Origin: Oikopleura dioica
Taxonomy: Eukaryota; Animalia; Chordata
Reading direction: 5' to 3'
Assembly (NCBI GenBank): GCA_907165135.1
Contig: OU015568.1
Location: forward strand, 14,953,208-15,017,207
Length of the DNA: 64,000 nucleotides
In this document: one piece after another, positions 1 through 12,100 of the stretch
How the letters are laid out: every line of letters begins with the position of its first letter
How positions within the stretch are numbered: position 1 is the stretch's first letter
The notes under the pieces: model-generated
Database searches by the model: none
What the model was told of the DNA's origin: nothing
Seen by the model: only the letters and a program-made list of their open reading frames with translations
Translations under genes and position numbers: made by a program

Positions 1-530
1 AACTTCTGATCACGATAATCGTGGCTTCCTTCATTCTAGCGCTGCTATTTTGCGTCTTCTACTATGTCGTTTGGCATCCAAAGGCGAAGATCAAAAAGAT
101 GGCTTCAAAATCGAAGCTGAAAGAAAAGGGAAAACGGAGGAAAGAGGAGAGTGTTTCAATGATCGAAATAGGTAAAAACTGTCGACTTTAAATTCTTCCT
201 AGAATCTTATTTTTAGATGGACGCAGTCGACAACTAACAAGTGAGACAGAATACCCGACTCTTCGTCGCAAGATGCAGACTAAATTCGGTCTCCAAACGC
301 TCGAAAGAAATCCTCATTTACAAAACCCAATGAATCCTGTTCCACTAAAGAAGAGCAAGAAAACTGTGCCTAACCTATCCATCGTCCGTGAATCAGAGAA
401 TCGTTCTTCAATCGTCAGCAGCGCCGCTTCATCAAAATCGTCAACGAATTGGAATCGGCCGTCTAAACAATCGCTCAAATCGTACAACAGCAAATCGAAA
501 ACGAAATACAACACAATGACGCGTGATTAA
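1..530 (+). CDS. 3' part of a single-pass membrane protein gene (unknown)
   Basis: Hydrophobic stretch LLITIIVASFILALLFCVFYYVVW followed by a basic stop-transfer tract. A GT-AG intron at ~172-217 joins in frame to ORF 273-530. The 5' end is outside the window. Confidence 0.6.
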
Positions 531-744
531 AACACTTACAACATTCAAATTGAAATTTTTATATTCTTGCCAGCTTTTACCTGCACTTGTCTCATTACCT
601 GCATTCATTCCTACACCTCTCTGCATTCTTTCTAGATCCATTGTGACTATTTCAACGCCTTTTTGACAAACAATGCCTTCCTCAGTTCCAAAAATACAAA
701 CACCTGTTACATAACGCATTTACACCGTTCATTTACCAACTAAC

Positions 745-2666
745 ATGGAGGCTAACTCAGATTTGGCCCCTGACTCTTCTGAGCCAGAGGAAAACGCCCA
801 AATGACGGAGGACAATCATGAAGTCGAAGTCACGCCAGAGCAGACAGAGCAAATCGTGACGTTTTCTATGTCGACTGGAAATGAGGATTTAGACGAGTGT
901 GCTAGGGTTCTAAGGGTACGAAGCTTTTCACAATGACGATCTTTTCATTTAATTTTAGGAAAATAACTGGGATTTGGACAGAGCCGTTAATTCTTCATTA
1001 GCAGGGACATCTAGCCCTTCTCAAACGAATAATCCACCTCAAAATGTTGCTAGAACGAGGTAAAATTTTCTTTGTTGATTTTCGAGTAACTTTGAAATTA
1101 GCTCCAATGATAGCAATATTCTCAACCTATCCGACGATGAGGAGTACCCCGAAATCAGAAGGCGGAGACCTCCGATGGCGGTGGCTGATGATGACAGTAA
1201 TATTCCACCTCCACCTCCAATCGGTCCAGAACTTGAGCCGACCGTCACATCGATGGTAATCAACTAAAAGCCATTTCTTCCTTTAATATTTATCAGAGCT
1301 CGCAAACTGTCGCAAGAAGACCCTCTGGAACTGTTGTTTCCATGATCTTCTCTTTTATGAGCCTCGCAGTGAAATCGCCTTGGACCATCGTCAAAAATAC
1401 ATTCTCGTTAGTTACTTCTTGGTGGCGAAATCTTGGCCCGGAGTTGACACCTGCCCAGCAAGTGGACGATTTCGCTGTTAAATTTAACAAGAAATATGAT
1501 GAAGTAATTACTTTCTTTGATTTCTTTATTTACTAGTTGCTTTAAAGATAACTTGGATGAAATGTCCATACAACGCCGCTGTTAACGCTGTGAGATCAAA
1601 TCTGAGACCCGTTATCGTCTATCTCGCCAATGAATTAAAAACTGAAAAGAGTACGCAAATCATTTTTTGAAAAGATGTTTGATGAGTTTAGGTGATAATT
1701 TCGCGCAACTTCTGGTGACGTTGAATACCGAATTATCTGGTAGAATCGACTTCTGGGGCTGCGATATCATGAGTCCAGAAGCGGTCAGAACAGCTGACCA
1801 AGTTCGCGCGACAATTTTTCCATGCGTTCTGATTCTCGGGCTTCACAAGGATCAGCAGTCAATTATCTGGAGAACAGCTCTTGACAATATCGATGTCGAG
1901 GACTTGAAACTTCAAGTTGAAAGAGGTAAGGCGTAATCAACGAAATATCGTCTATCATTTCCTTCAGCCGAAGCCGAACTGGTAACCGCCAGGCATGAGG
2001 CTCAAGTCCGGCAAATGGACCGTTCTCTTCGTGAACAACAAGATGCTGAATTTGAGAGAACGATGGAAGCCGATCGGTAAGAATCTCTACTCGTCAGATC
2101 TCATCCTTACCATTTTTTGTAGAAAGCGACTTGAAGAAGCGCGACTGAAAAAGGAAGCCGAAGAGCGTAAAGCTCAAGAGGCGGAAGAAAAGAAAGAACT
2201 TGCGCAACGACGATTGACCGAAACTCGAGATCGGAAGATTTCTGCAAGAAACAATCTCGCGGCAGAGCCCGAAAACGGCATTCGTCTTCAATTCAAACTT
2301 CCAAACGGCTCTAAATTCATCAGAAAGTTCGTCGAGGATGCTCCGATTTCGGATATTTTCCGTAAGTTTGTTTAAAGAGAAACTAAATCACCTCTTTCTT
2401 TAGTTTATGTCGAATCGCTGGAAGATTCGCCCGGGCAGTGCTTTATTTCTACAGTCTTTCCAGTTCGAAAAATAACGCCTTCAGAAACTCGCTCTCTTGC
2501 TGAACTAGGAATTAAAAACAATGATCAACTCATGATTCAGGAAAGGGTCTTTAATTTTCATCGTAATGGTATTTTTCTTTGAATAAAAGCAATTGACAAA
2601 ACCCCCGAAAAGGCAGTGGAACTGTTCTCCTCCTCCGATGACGATGAATCAGACGAAAGTGACTAG
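745..2666 (+). CDS. FAF2: FAS-associated factor 2 / UBXD8-like p97 adaptor (UBA, hairpin, UAS, coiled coil, UBX), multi-exon
   Basis: UBA-like TPEQTEQIVTF...DECARVLRENNWDLDRAVN, hydrophobic hairpin, REQQDAEFERTMEADR coiled coil, and UBX IRLQFKLPNGSKFIRKF...SLAELGI. Short GT-AG introns; acidic tail ending TAG 2664-2666. Confidence 0.85.
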
Positions 2667-2830
2667 ATTGACCTTCGAAAATTATTTTCCTCTCTTTTAG
2701 AATTTTCTTAATGCTTACTGTTCTCGTGTTTGATTTTTCTTCAAGCTACCTTATTTTGTCCAAACAAGCACTTTTTAATTTTCTGTAAACATAAAATATA
2801 AAGGATAGAAAAAACAAAAGTACAAGCAAA

Positions 2831-5800
2831 ATGTTTTCGTCCAGAATGCAGGCTGGAAATATTTTGCCCAGTTTCAAGGCGAAATTCGATGGGCACTCGA
2901 CATCGGAAGAGGTGCTCAGGGATGTGGATTTGAGTGGCAAGAGGTATATTGTCACTGGAGCAACTACCGGTCTCGGCTTTTACTCGGCGAAAATGATCGC
3001 AGCTAAGGGAGGAAAAGTGACGATCACAGCTAGATCAGGCGACCGGGCGAGGGAGACAATCAAATCTTTGAGAGAGGAGCTCGGTTCGGAAATAGACGCT
3101 GATACTTTTGACTTCCTTGTCATGGATCAGATGGATCTTGCACAGGTCAAAGCTGCGGCTGAGGATTTTCTTTCAAGGAATCGCCAGCTGGATGGCTTGC
3201 TCTTGAATGCTGGTTGGTTTGGTAGTGAATACAAACTTTCTGGAACGGTTTGAAGCGGTTTATTTACAGTAGCAAGAAGAGAATAACTGGCAAGCTAAGC
3301 AAAAGAGAAGACGCATTATCATGCAGCATAAAAGCAGACACTGTTTTAATCTTGCTTATTTGATGAGGGCAGCGTTGAGTTTCAGTCGAAATTTGATCAT
3401 ATCTAGCTCTGCAGTGCTCTTCTTTGCTCAGTTTGCAAGCAGAGTTACCATTGAAGCTATCTGAAGTGCAAAGCCGGACATCACAAGTCACTGTAACGTT
3501 CATCGAGCCACTTCCATTTCCGCGAGGACTGAATATGTTTGGGAGAAGAAATTGTTCTCTCTTCAGCATAATCTCATTTGTAGAATAGTCAGTTCGATTC
3601 GATGTCATCTCGAAACGTTTACTGGCATACTGCCCAGACAAGACGAACTCCGGATACAAAAGGCAACCATCCTTTATAAACTCCTCGTCAATTTCTTCAT
3701 ATCGCCAGTAATTCGTGTTGTATGGGTCTTCCCTCGAATAAGCATATGAAGTTGTTCGACAGGAGTCCAGATGCATAATGTTATATTTTAGCTCACTTTC
3801 AGGCTCAAACTTATTCGAGATTTCCATAAAGAAGTCGCTCTCGATTTCCGGTCTCAGCAATTTTCCATCCCAATCATTAATCTCTCCAGTATTTTTGTCG
3901 CGTAGCCTTACACTGATTTCCAAATCGTAGTCTGTGTCAAAGAGAATCTTATCTTCACAATGTTCTGATGGAGCAGGTGTGATGCCTTTTGTAAATTGAA
4001 AGTCGACTTTCTTTTTGAATTCGTCAGACCGGTCATATTCTCCTCCAGTCGATCGTGACAAGAATAAATTGTCATATCTATCATCACATGATTCGACTCT
4101 TGATTCTTCTTGTGAGAGTCGGCACACTTGTCCGCCCGGGCTATCTTGAATCTGAAATGCTTCCGATGGGCAGAGAGCGTATTTGCACATATAACTCAGC
4201 TGATACGACCCGTCCGGAAAGTATGAAGGATAGAAGACAAACTGATCTTTGTTGAACATTCTATCATTCGTGGTCCATTCTGTTCGTTTCTCTTTCATCT
4301 TCAAGATATGATTCGTATCTTTCATCGGACATCCATTGTCGAGAAAGACAAACTCGTTGAATACTTCATACTCAAGAGTGGTTTCGTTGAACTTGTTTAT
4401 GTAAGCCGTGCACTCAGTAATGTGCAGTAGATGATTGCCAAGCTCGTCTCCAGATGAAAGCCCGTGTTCAATTTGCACGTATAGATTCGTGAACTGGCTG
4501 CCTTCGGATAAGTCAATGGGCTGGCCACTCCATCTTTGGGTATATTCACGATCTATGTAAAGTCCAAAATCGAAGGGAATCACTGTATCATCGACGATGT
4601 GTTCATATGGAGGTCTTCCTCCAGTGCCCAAGTCCCAACCGCTATCCCAATCTTCGGCGAGCAATCGGCAGGTGTAGATGTCTGATCGACCATACGAAAT
4701 TTGCCCTAGGAATGAATTGCTTAATTTTTAAGCCAATTAAGCTTCTACCTGGAACAGGCTCGCCACCAATGCTCGCAAAAAGGTCATCATATCCGATAGC
4801 AAAGTCAATGTGGACCCACTGTTTATTTTGCGAATCGCTTACATAGCTAAAGTCAAACATCTCTTTACAGTCATCGTTGAGCTGAATCTGATTCAAATTG
4901 AAATGCCAATGCCCATAAGTGTCCTCGATTCCGATGCATGAAGATTTTCCGAATCGCTTGAAAGGGGGGACGTCAATGAATTGTTGATGTTCAGATTTGG
5001 AAATGAGCGCCATGACTCGGTCATCCTACAAACTATATTTCTTGTCACTTTTAAGCTTCAAACCTTTCCGAAAGACTCATCTCTTTTGATAGGCTTTTTG
5101 GTGACGAAAAGTCCGAATCCATCTGCATCAAACTGGCATTTCAATACAGGCGACTCGCTGCAGTAATAGCCTTGGCCTGAGGAAGACGTTGCTTTATTTC
5201 GCGTCTATAAAATCTTCTTACCTTCATTTGTAACGTGATTATTATTGTTGGTCAAGTCCGATGAGGGATGAAACTCAGAGTAAATTAACCCGTGTTCAGC
5301 ACATTGATCGGGCAATGAACACGCATATCCATTACAATCATTTACAGCACATGCATAATTCTCGCTACATCTCATTTCTGGGCAATTTTGAAAATCACCG
5401 AGTGGATTTTCATACTACAAGGTCTTGATTTTCGGGTTTCTCTTCAAAGTTACCTTGAGTACTTCCAAACAATCGGTTCCATTCGAGCCTTCTGCAGAAT
5501 TATAAAGCAAAAAGTATTTCAACAAATGCATGATTGAGTATAGAATGTGTAAGGCCTGCTCTCGTGAATTTAAATCAAGACAGTTTGTCTTACATATTTG
5601 CATGCTCCTATCTCAGGAAATTACACTAAAGGGAAAATCTGTAAATAGTACGCAGAATTCAAACCAATGTGAAGCTCAGGGATACGAGTCGCACTTTGCT
5701 ATCAACCACCTGAGTCACTGGTTATTTGCACATTTGCTAATGGATAAACTAGCGGAAAACTCAACTCGAAGGTAAGAACTCAAAGTTGAACCCTGTTAAT

Positions 5801-6333
5801 TTCGCCATAGCAATCCTGCTCGACTGGTCATTCTTTCTTCCGAAAGCCATCGCCAACCTAAAATGGCTACGATAAATCTCTCCCAGCTTTCGTGCCCGAA
5901 GGAAAACTACTTCAGTGTTCTCCAGTATAATCGCTCAAAATACTGCAACGTTCTACACATGCATTATCTTGCGTCGAAGTTAGCCGAGCGTCATGTTGTC
6001 GTTCACTCTGTTCACCCGGGTAACATGGTTCGAACTGGTATTCAACGAAGATGGTGGGGATGGAAGCTTCTCTTTGCTCTTGCAAGTCCTTTCACGAAAT
6101 CTGTCTCTCAAGGTAGCGTCTTCTTTCATTCAATCGATATCATAATTGGTAGTTCTGAAGGTGCCGCAACACAACTATACGCCCTCTGCCACCCCACCAC
6201 TGCGGAATTCACTGGTGTTTATTGGAACAACTGCGCTCCTTGTGAGCCGATCGCTCCTGCAATCAACGATGACAACTCCCTTCAGCTGGAACTCCTTTCC
6301 AAAAAACTTTGCGCCGACTTTATACAAGCATGA
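2831..6333 (+). CDS. WWOX: WWOX-like short-chain dehydrogenase/reductase (SDR domain only)
   Basis: TGATTGLG Rossmann motif, LLLNAG, INHLSH, catalytic YNRSK, [37 protein letters not shown]-like and YWNNC, all as in the WWOX SDR domain. Intron 1 = 3248-5679. Confidence 0.75.
3264..5531 (-). CDS. Secreted, probably GPI-anchored ZP-module protein nested in WWOX intron 1
   Basis: Start MHLLKYFLLYNSAEG, a Cys-rich exon, a ZP-N-like region, and two ZP-C-like blocks (HITECTA..FLDNGCP..YMCKYALC; HLDSCRT..FIKDGC..VTCDVRLC). C-terminal hydrophobic tail NASSLLLSLPVILFLLL. Introns of 38-45 nt join the frames. Confidence 0.7.
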
Positions 6334-6465
6334 TTTTAGAACTGCAAAACCTGTGATTACCAAAATGATTCGAATTCTTCAAATAAAAAAAAATAAAAAA
6401 TCGCTCATGAGATGTTATTATATTTGGCATTTTATTTATAAACAGGCGATATGCTTTTATTTGCT

Positions 6466-7439
6466 TTATCCCAAGATTTTCTTGATATCAGCATCCTTGA
6501 CAACCCAACAGTTCTTATTTCTTGCATGTTGGTGAAATGAAACATCATATGCATCGCCATTCGCAACAAAAGTTCCGGTCTCTCCATCGGCTGAAATTAC
6601 CTCGTAGGCTCCAGATCTGAGGAATCGCCCGAGAACGCCAGTTGTAGCCGGTTCATCTGCAAACTTGTGCTCCATGAGCTTGAAGTTGACGTTTCCGTGA
6701 ACGCTTCCAATCTCGATCCTAGAAAGTTTTTGAATTCTGTTTTCAATAATTTTTCTTACAGGAATGTGGGACCGCCACCAAGGGTTACGAAAGACATTTT
6801 GTATCCCTTAGGAAGTTTTTGGTAATCAAAAGTGACGAAGTCGCCGTATTTCATTGCGCCAGTGAACCAGTCGAACTCGGGCTCGGCAGTTATTCTTGAG
6901 TCGAATTTCCAGCCGGTAGCGTCGATGTAAAGAGAGTTTCGCCCGTGGGTAGTGATTTTTAGGTTGCGGAAATAGATGCCTTTCTCGGCCTTAATTTTTG
7001 TCAAAAGCTGTCGATAGTGGTTGTTCCTACCTCGTTCGGCTTGAAAAGCTCTCCTCCAACTCTGAAGCTCGGGTGATCGATGAGGACCATTTCTTTTCCA
7101 GGCTCGAGATTGTAGTCGAAGCAAATGTCTGGCTGATCAGCGGAGAGTCCCTCAATATGAAAGTGGGGGTCTCCGTAAGAAGCGGATCCTCCAGAACCTC
7201 CAGATGATCCTCCACCAGGTGCATAAGGATTGTAGCCAGGAGTAGTGGTGGTTTCTGTTGTTGTTTCTGGAGCGTACGAAGTAGCTGCATATTTTGCTGC
7301 CTTCTTTTTCTTGCCTCTCTCTATCCAAGTAATGAGCACTTTTTCAACGACAAAAATACTTACCAAGAAGACCGAGACCAGTTGTCGTGGTGAAATCTTG
7401 AGCCAGGGTAGAGGCTAAAATTGCGGATGCGATTTTCAT
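6466..7439 (-). CDS. Small secreted protein: Thr/Gly-rich linker plus inter-alpha-trypsin inhibitor heavy-chain C-terminal-like domain
   Basis: Signal peptide MKIASAILASTLAQ. GDPHFHI..ICFD..G.EMVLID, GIYFRNL, TGVLGRF and CWVV parallel the ITIH C-terminal domain motifs. Short introns. Confidence 0.65.
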
Positions 7440-9149
7440 GTTTCAGAAAAAAAAATTTTGCAAATTCAAATTCTTCAAAAAATGGACAGTCCTGAACAGC
7501 AGCTCGAGTTTTTATAGTTAATAAATTATTCAAATGAGTTCATTTGAAGGCGATAAAAGCGGATTCTAACGCTGACCACTAGGTGTCACTGGTAGGACCA
7601 GGAGTTGACAAATCAGGATGAAATGGGGCGATTGATTTGGGCGAGGCGAATTGAGGATTATCCGAAAACACGTGTAGCGTAGAATCAAGAAAATGGTCTG
7701 GGGCTGCTCTCTAAATTAGAACCGAAGAAAACCGGAATCGCTGTTAATTGCATAACTACCGGATAAAGCGTGAAGGCCGTGAAATCGGGGACACTTATTT
7801 TGATGAAAATATGCATAATTCGTGGATTTTAAATGTTCATCTTTTGAAGTCTGAAGAAAGTTCATCAAGAATTTTAAAATTGAATTTAGTTCAGTAGATG
7901 ATTTCCAGCCTTGTTGATTTATTGTCCGTGATATTGATCAATCTGACAGTCAAATTATGAAAGTAAATTTGAACAAGGTGAGTTTGGTGCTCGTTTTTGT
8001 TTCTTGGTAAGAACAGAATTCAAGAATTGTTCTTACTAATCCAATTACGTGCCTCCTTCCTTTATTCCAGAGAGAAAAGCAAAGGAACGACACTGAGAGA
8101 AAAAATATAGTTTTACAGAAGCACAAATATTGGGAGATTATTCTGTTTGTATAACGCCGCAAATGCGATACTGGCACTCATAACTGTAAGCTTGGTGGTT
8201 TCTAAGAGGGTTATTTTCGTTTCAAATTTTGCTAGAAAAAATTTAACTGTTTAATAAATTTTGATTTTCAAGTGTAAACTTCCTCCTGAAGATAATTTTT
8301 GTCAAGTTCACTAATTCAAGATAAAAAGAGTTTGCTTAGGGTTAGCCGTTTAGGTGGTTAAAGCATAATGCAGAGAAGGGAACGTGGCGTGTTTCTTTTG
8401 TTGTCACGATTATTTGAATGGGACAAGAAAGGCGCCCAGAAAGTCAGATTTCACAAGGTCAAGAGATTTTTTCTGACAAGTTTTGACTTTTTAGCAATTT
8501 TTTGACAATAAAGTGCATCCGGTAGAGAAGTTTTTATATTGTCCAATAAGAAGCCTGCATTTTCGATTTAGACCAATAAGAAGCTCTGAATTTCATTTTC
8601 AATATTTGACTGAAATTTGAGTCGAGAGTTTCAAGCTGATTCCATAAAAATCTACCTGCCACTCTGTCTAATCAAATCAAATCTCAAGTTCAAGTGCTCA
8701 CTGCTGAAAAGAGTCTCTGTCTCAGTTCAAGAACATCTCAGCGGGACTTGAACGGCGTGAAGAGGAAAACGTTTGTTTAGATTTATTTCAGAAGAGAGTT
8801 TGATTCGTTGCCCGGACGAGTTTGCTCTTCTGAAATAATCATTATTGTCAGCTGCATGGTGCTTCCGAAGAAGCTTTAGAAGATTTGAGAGAGATCTGAG
8901 GTAGAGGAAGAAGAAGAAGAAGGAAAGATTTGAACGATGGAACATCTTCAAGGTCAATGTTGAAAAGTAAGCCTTCTAAGATGGGATTTTCTTCGGTAAC
9001 TAGGTAGCAAATTTTAATCTTCTTTATGCGGTAATGATAGGAAATCAGAGATACAATGTCAAGTGACATTTGCCAATACTCCCCCTGAACGTATCAGTAG
9101 CAGATAGTCGCAAAAAAGTCAATAGTAACGAGACAAAGAACTTCATATT

Positions 9150-12100
9150 TCTATACAGTAGGGATTTTACTACTCACTATATTTGTCAACATTTACAAGC
9201 CGCAAGGGAAGACAAGCATTCGTCAATAAAGAACATTTTAATCGACGGTAAGTTCCGGTTTCAAGTATGCTCTCGAGGAAAAAAATCCATTCAGACGTAG
9301 AGCGTGTTTGGGCCGCCTTTTGTGAACACATCCTAAAGCAACTTACGGAACAAGTCGGAGTCAAGGTCAAAAATTTGGGAATAATCACTGTCAAAAGGTA
9401 AGACATGTTTCAGCTTATTTATGAGAGTTGGAACCCAGACGAAATATACAGTTAGGGTTAGGGTTAGAAAATTGACTATCTCGGAGTGATATTCTTAGGC
9501 GTAATTGACAGTTCATGTTAGGTCTATGTTTAATCAACTACTTTTTGGACGGGCATCTTGTTACATGTTTATAAATAGATTGTTTTGTCAAATTTAAAAT
9601 CCTTTATTTGATCAAAAGTTCATCTTCTTTCTTCTTTTTTAGCTTGAATCTTGACGTTGGCAGAAGGAATTTGAGCATCACCAAACCAACTTTCATCTTG
9701 GACGAAAAACAATCCCAGCATTATGGCATCAAATACGGTCGACCGTTTACGTCTTATCAAAAGAACCAGCCAGTTAATTTCGCTGAAATCGCGTCTGAAG
9801 CGAACACAACTCGTGACATTGCGGAATGTAGGTTGCTTCGTTATTAGCATACGTAATTTGACAGTAACTGACGTTGAATTGATAAGTGGTCATCAACGAG
9901 CTAGTAATGGCTTTTTGGAAGAAGTTCGCAGAAAAACAACGTGCCAATTTCACCATCACCGATGTCCTCACGATTCATCTCAAAGACGATGTCGTGCGAG
10001 CAATTTTCACGGGAAAAGTCGTGGAACTCTTCGAATTCGCTCCGACAAAGAAAACAGTTCATTTTCGTCGTGAATACACGCTCCCAGGCAAGTACAGTTA
10101 TTAACTTCAAAAGAATGTTGATTCAAGAGGAGTATAAAATAAAGTTATGTTTCTTATTTAGTCGTCTCGCAGTCAGTAGAGACAGAATTTCAGGAAAAAG
10201 TTCAAATATAAATTTTATTGCTCAGTCAGTTAGACATCGATTTTGATTATCGAAATTTCCGATAAAGCATTTTGAACCTTTTCATAAGCCACAGATGCCC
10301 CAAAAGTCCAAATCCGACCTCGACGACAAGTGGTAAGTAACTGCATTACTAGACGCTGAGAGAGTTTCCATGTGATTTTCGGTATATTTCAAGAGTTCGT
10401 GAAATGATCTTCAAATATCATCTCCCTAAAGTGGCGTCCGGTGGACGTAACTGATCGCTTCCGGGTTTTTTTGTATATGCTATGTTTTAGCTTGCAACGA
10501 AGGGGACTCCCTTTATGAGCTTTCTTCCTATGATAAGGAAATGGCAACAGTCAAAGAAGTATCATAAGCGAAGCAAGAGGTCGATAATTTTTCCGTTCTT
10601 GTAAGAAAGTAGCTAATTGCGCAGTTTGCAAAGATAAAAGGCCGCCCCGTAAATGCTTTCCAGTTCTGCAAATAGTCAAAAAAGCAGAAAGACTGTAGCT
10701 GGAAAGGCTCCACCGTGTGCTTGTGTTTTAACAGCAGCCGCGGACTACTCTTTCTGCCCTTTGATACAAGTTGATTTATTTTAACTTTTTTCTTTATTTC
10801 CTTTTTTTTATTTGGCCCGGTGGGAAACCGAGTTGAAAAGAAGAATTGAAAGTGGAACTGAATACAGTAGAACTGTACTGTAAAGAGATTTTCGATCATG
10901 GAGACAACATATCAGAGATCACATGATACAGCGTTTAATTACAAGGATAGTTCCAAAACTTTGAGTGTCAGTAATTTTGATTCTAGTGAAAATGGCCCAT
11001 ATAATATGGGTCAGGGCTAGGGTTATAGTTAGGGTCGAGGTTAGGGTTAGGATTAGGGGCCATCGAGCCTAATTTTTATGATTTATTTCCAAGTATTAGC
11101 ATGTTGAAACCGAGATATTTAAATATGACACATAAATAAAAAATGACACTAAATCGAAAGTTATAATTTGAAGGTTTCGATTTTAATCACCGCTCATTTG
11201 ATGCAAATTTGGAACTTGCGTCTAGCCCGAATTCCATAACCTGAATAAACCCGTTTTCCACAAGCGTCATCAATTCGATGAAGGGCATGCCACTCTGCGG
11301 CGTAATTATACCGATCTTCGCCATTCCAGATCATTTTGGATGCCCTCCTCCAAGCCTGTTGTGAGATACAGTGACTCTAGGTACAGGCTCTCTACAAAAT
11401 CAGCAAGGTACAAGCGCTTTTCTTTGAATTGCAAAATATAACTCCATCACTTCAAATTCCACGGCCGTAAAGATTGCCATATGTTTATAGAGAGTAATAA
11501 ACAGAGTTCACTTTCAGAGTATTGCATCTTTCTGTTTATTTTTCTGATTCTCAGACAGATGCACACCTGCCCATGTCATCTTTGTTTTTCGAACCCCGTG
11601 GTAAGGAAAGATATTGTATATTGCTCTCAAGAGTTCAAATACCTTTTCTCGCTCCTGAACACACCAGTTTTTTTCAAAACTCAAGTCATCGTCCTTGATT
11701 AGTAAGCGAAAATCTTCGATAGGGAAAAATAACCACTTGAGCCTCCACTTTGAGTGATGAGTTCCATAATGTGGGAGGTACAGTAGAGTCGATACAAACA
11801 GTAATTTACCCGGCCAATTGTTACTCCGTGGATTGAATTTCGCCCTTTTTGAGAAGCGTGCTTCAAGAGAGAGGAAGCTGCCGGGAGAGCAATAAATTAT
11901 TGCCAATAATTACAGATAATTATTTTTTCACAATTATGATACCGACAAAGAGACTTCAATCGGCGGTGTCATTATCTATTGGAGAGGTTCCCGGGGCTCT
12001 ACGTCAAGAGCAAAGACCTAATACCGACTGGAGAAAATACTGTCAAGGGCGAAGATTTGAGTTTGAGAAAATCATCTATCTAATTTGAAAAAGTTTTCGA

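Noticed and set aside
7580-9146. Minus-strand secreted or neuropeptide-like gene (MKFFVSLLLTFLRLSA...)
   Set aside because: Could not assemble a consistent exon chain or recognise a domain; it overlaps the expected CCDC81 promoter.
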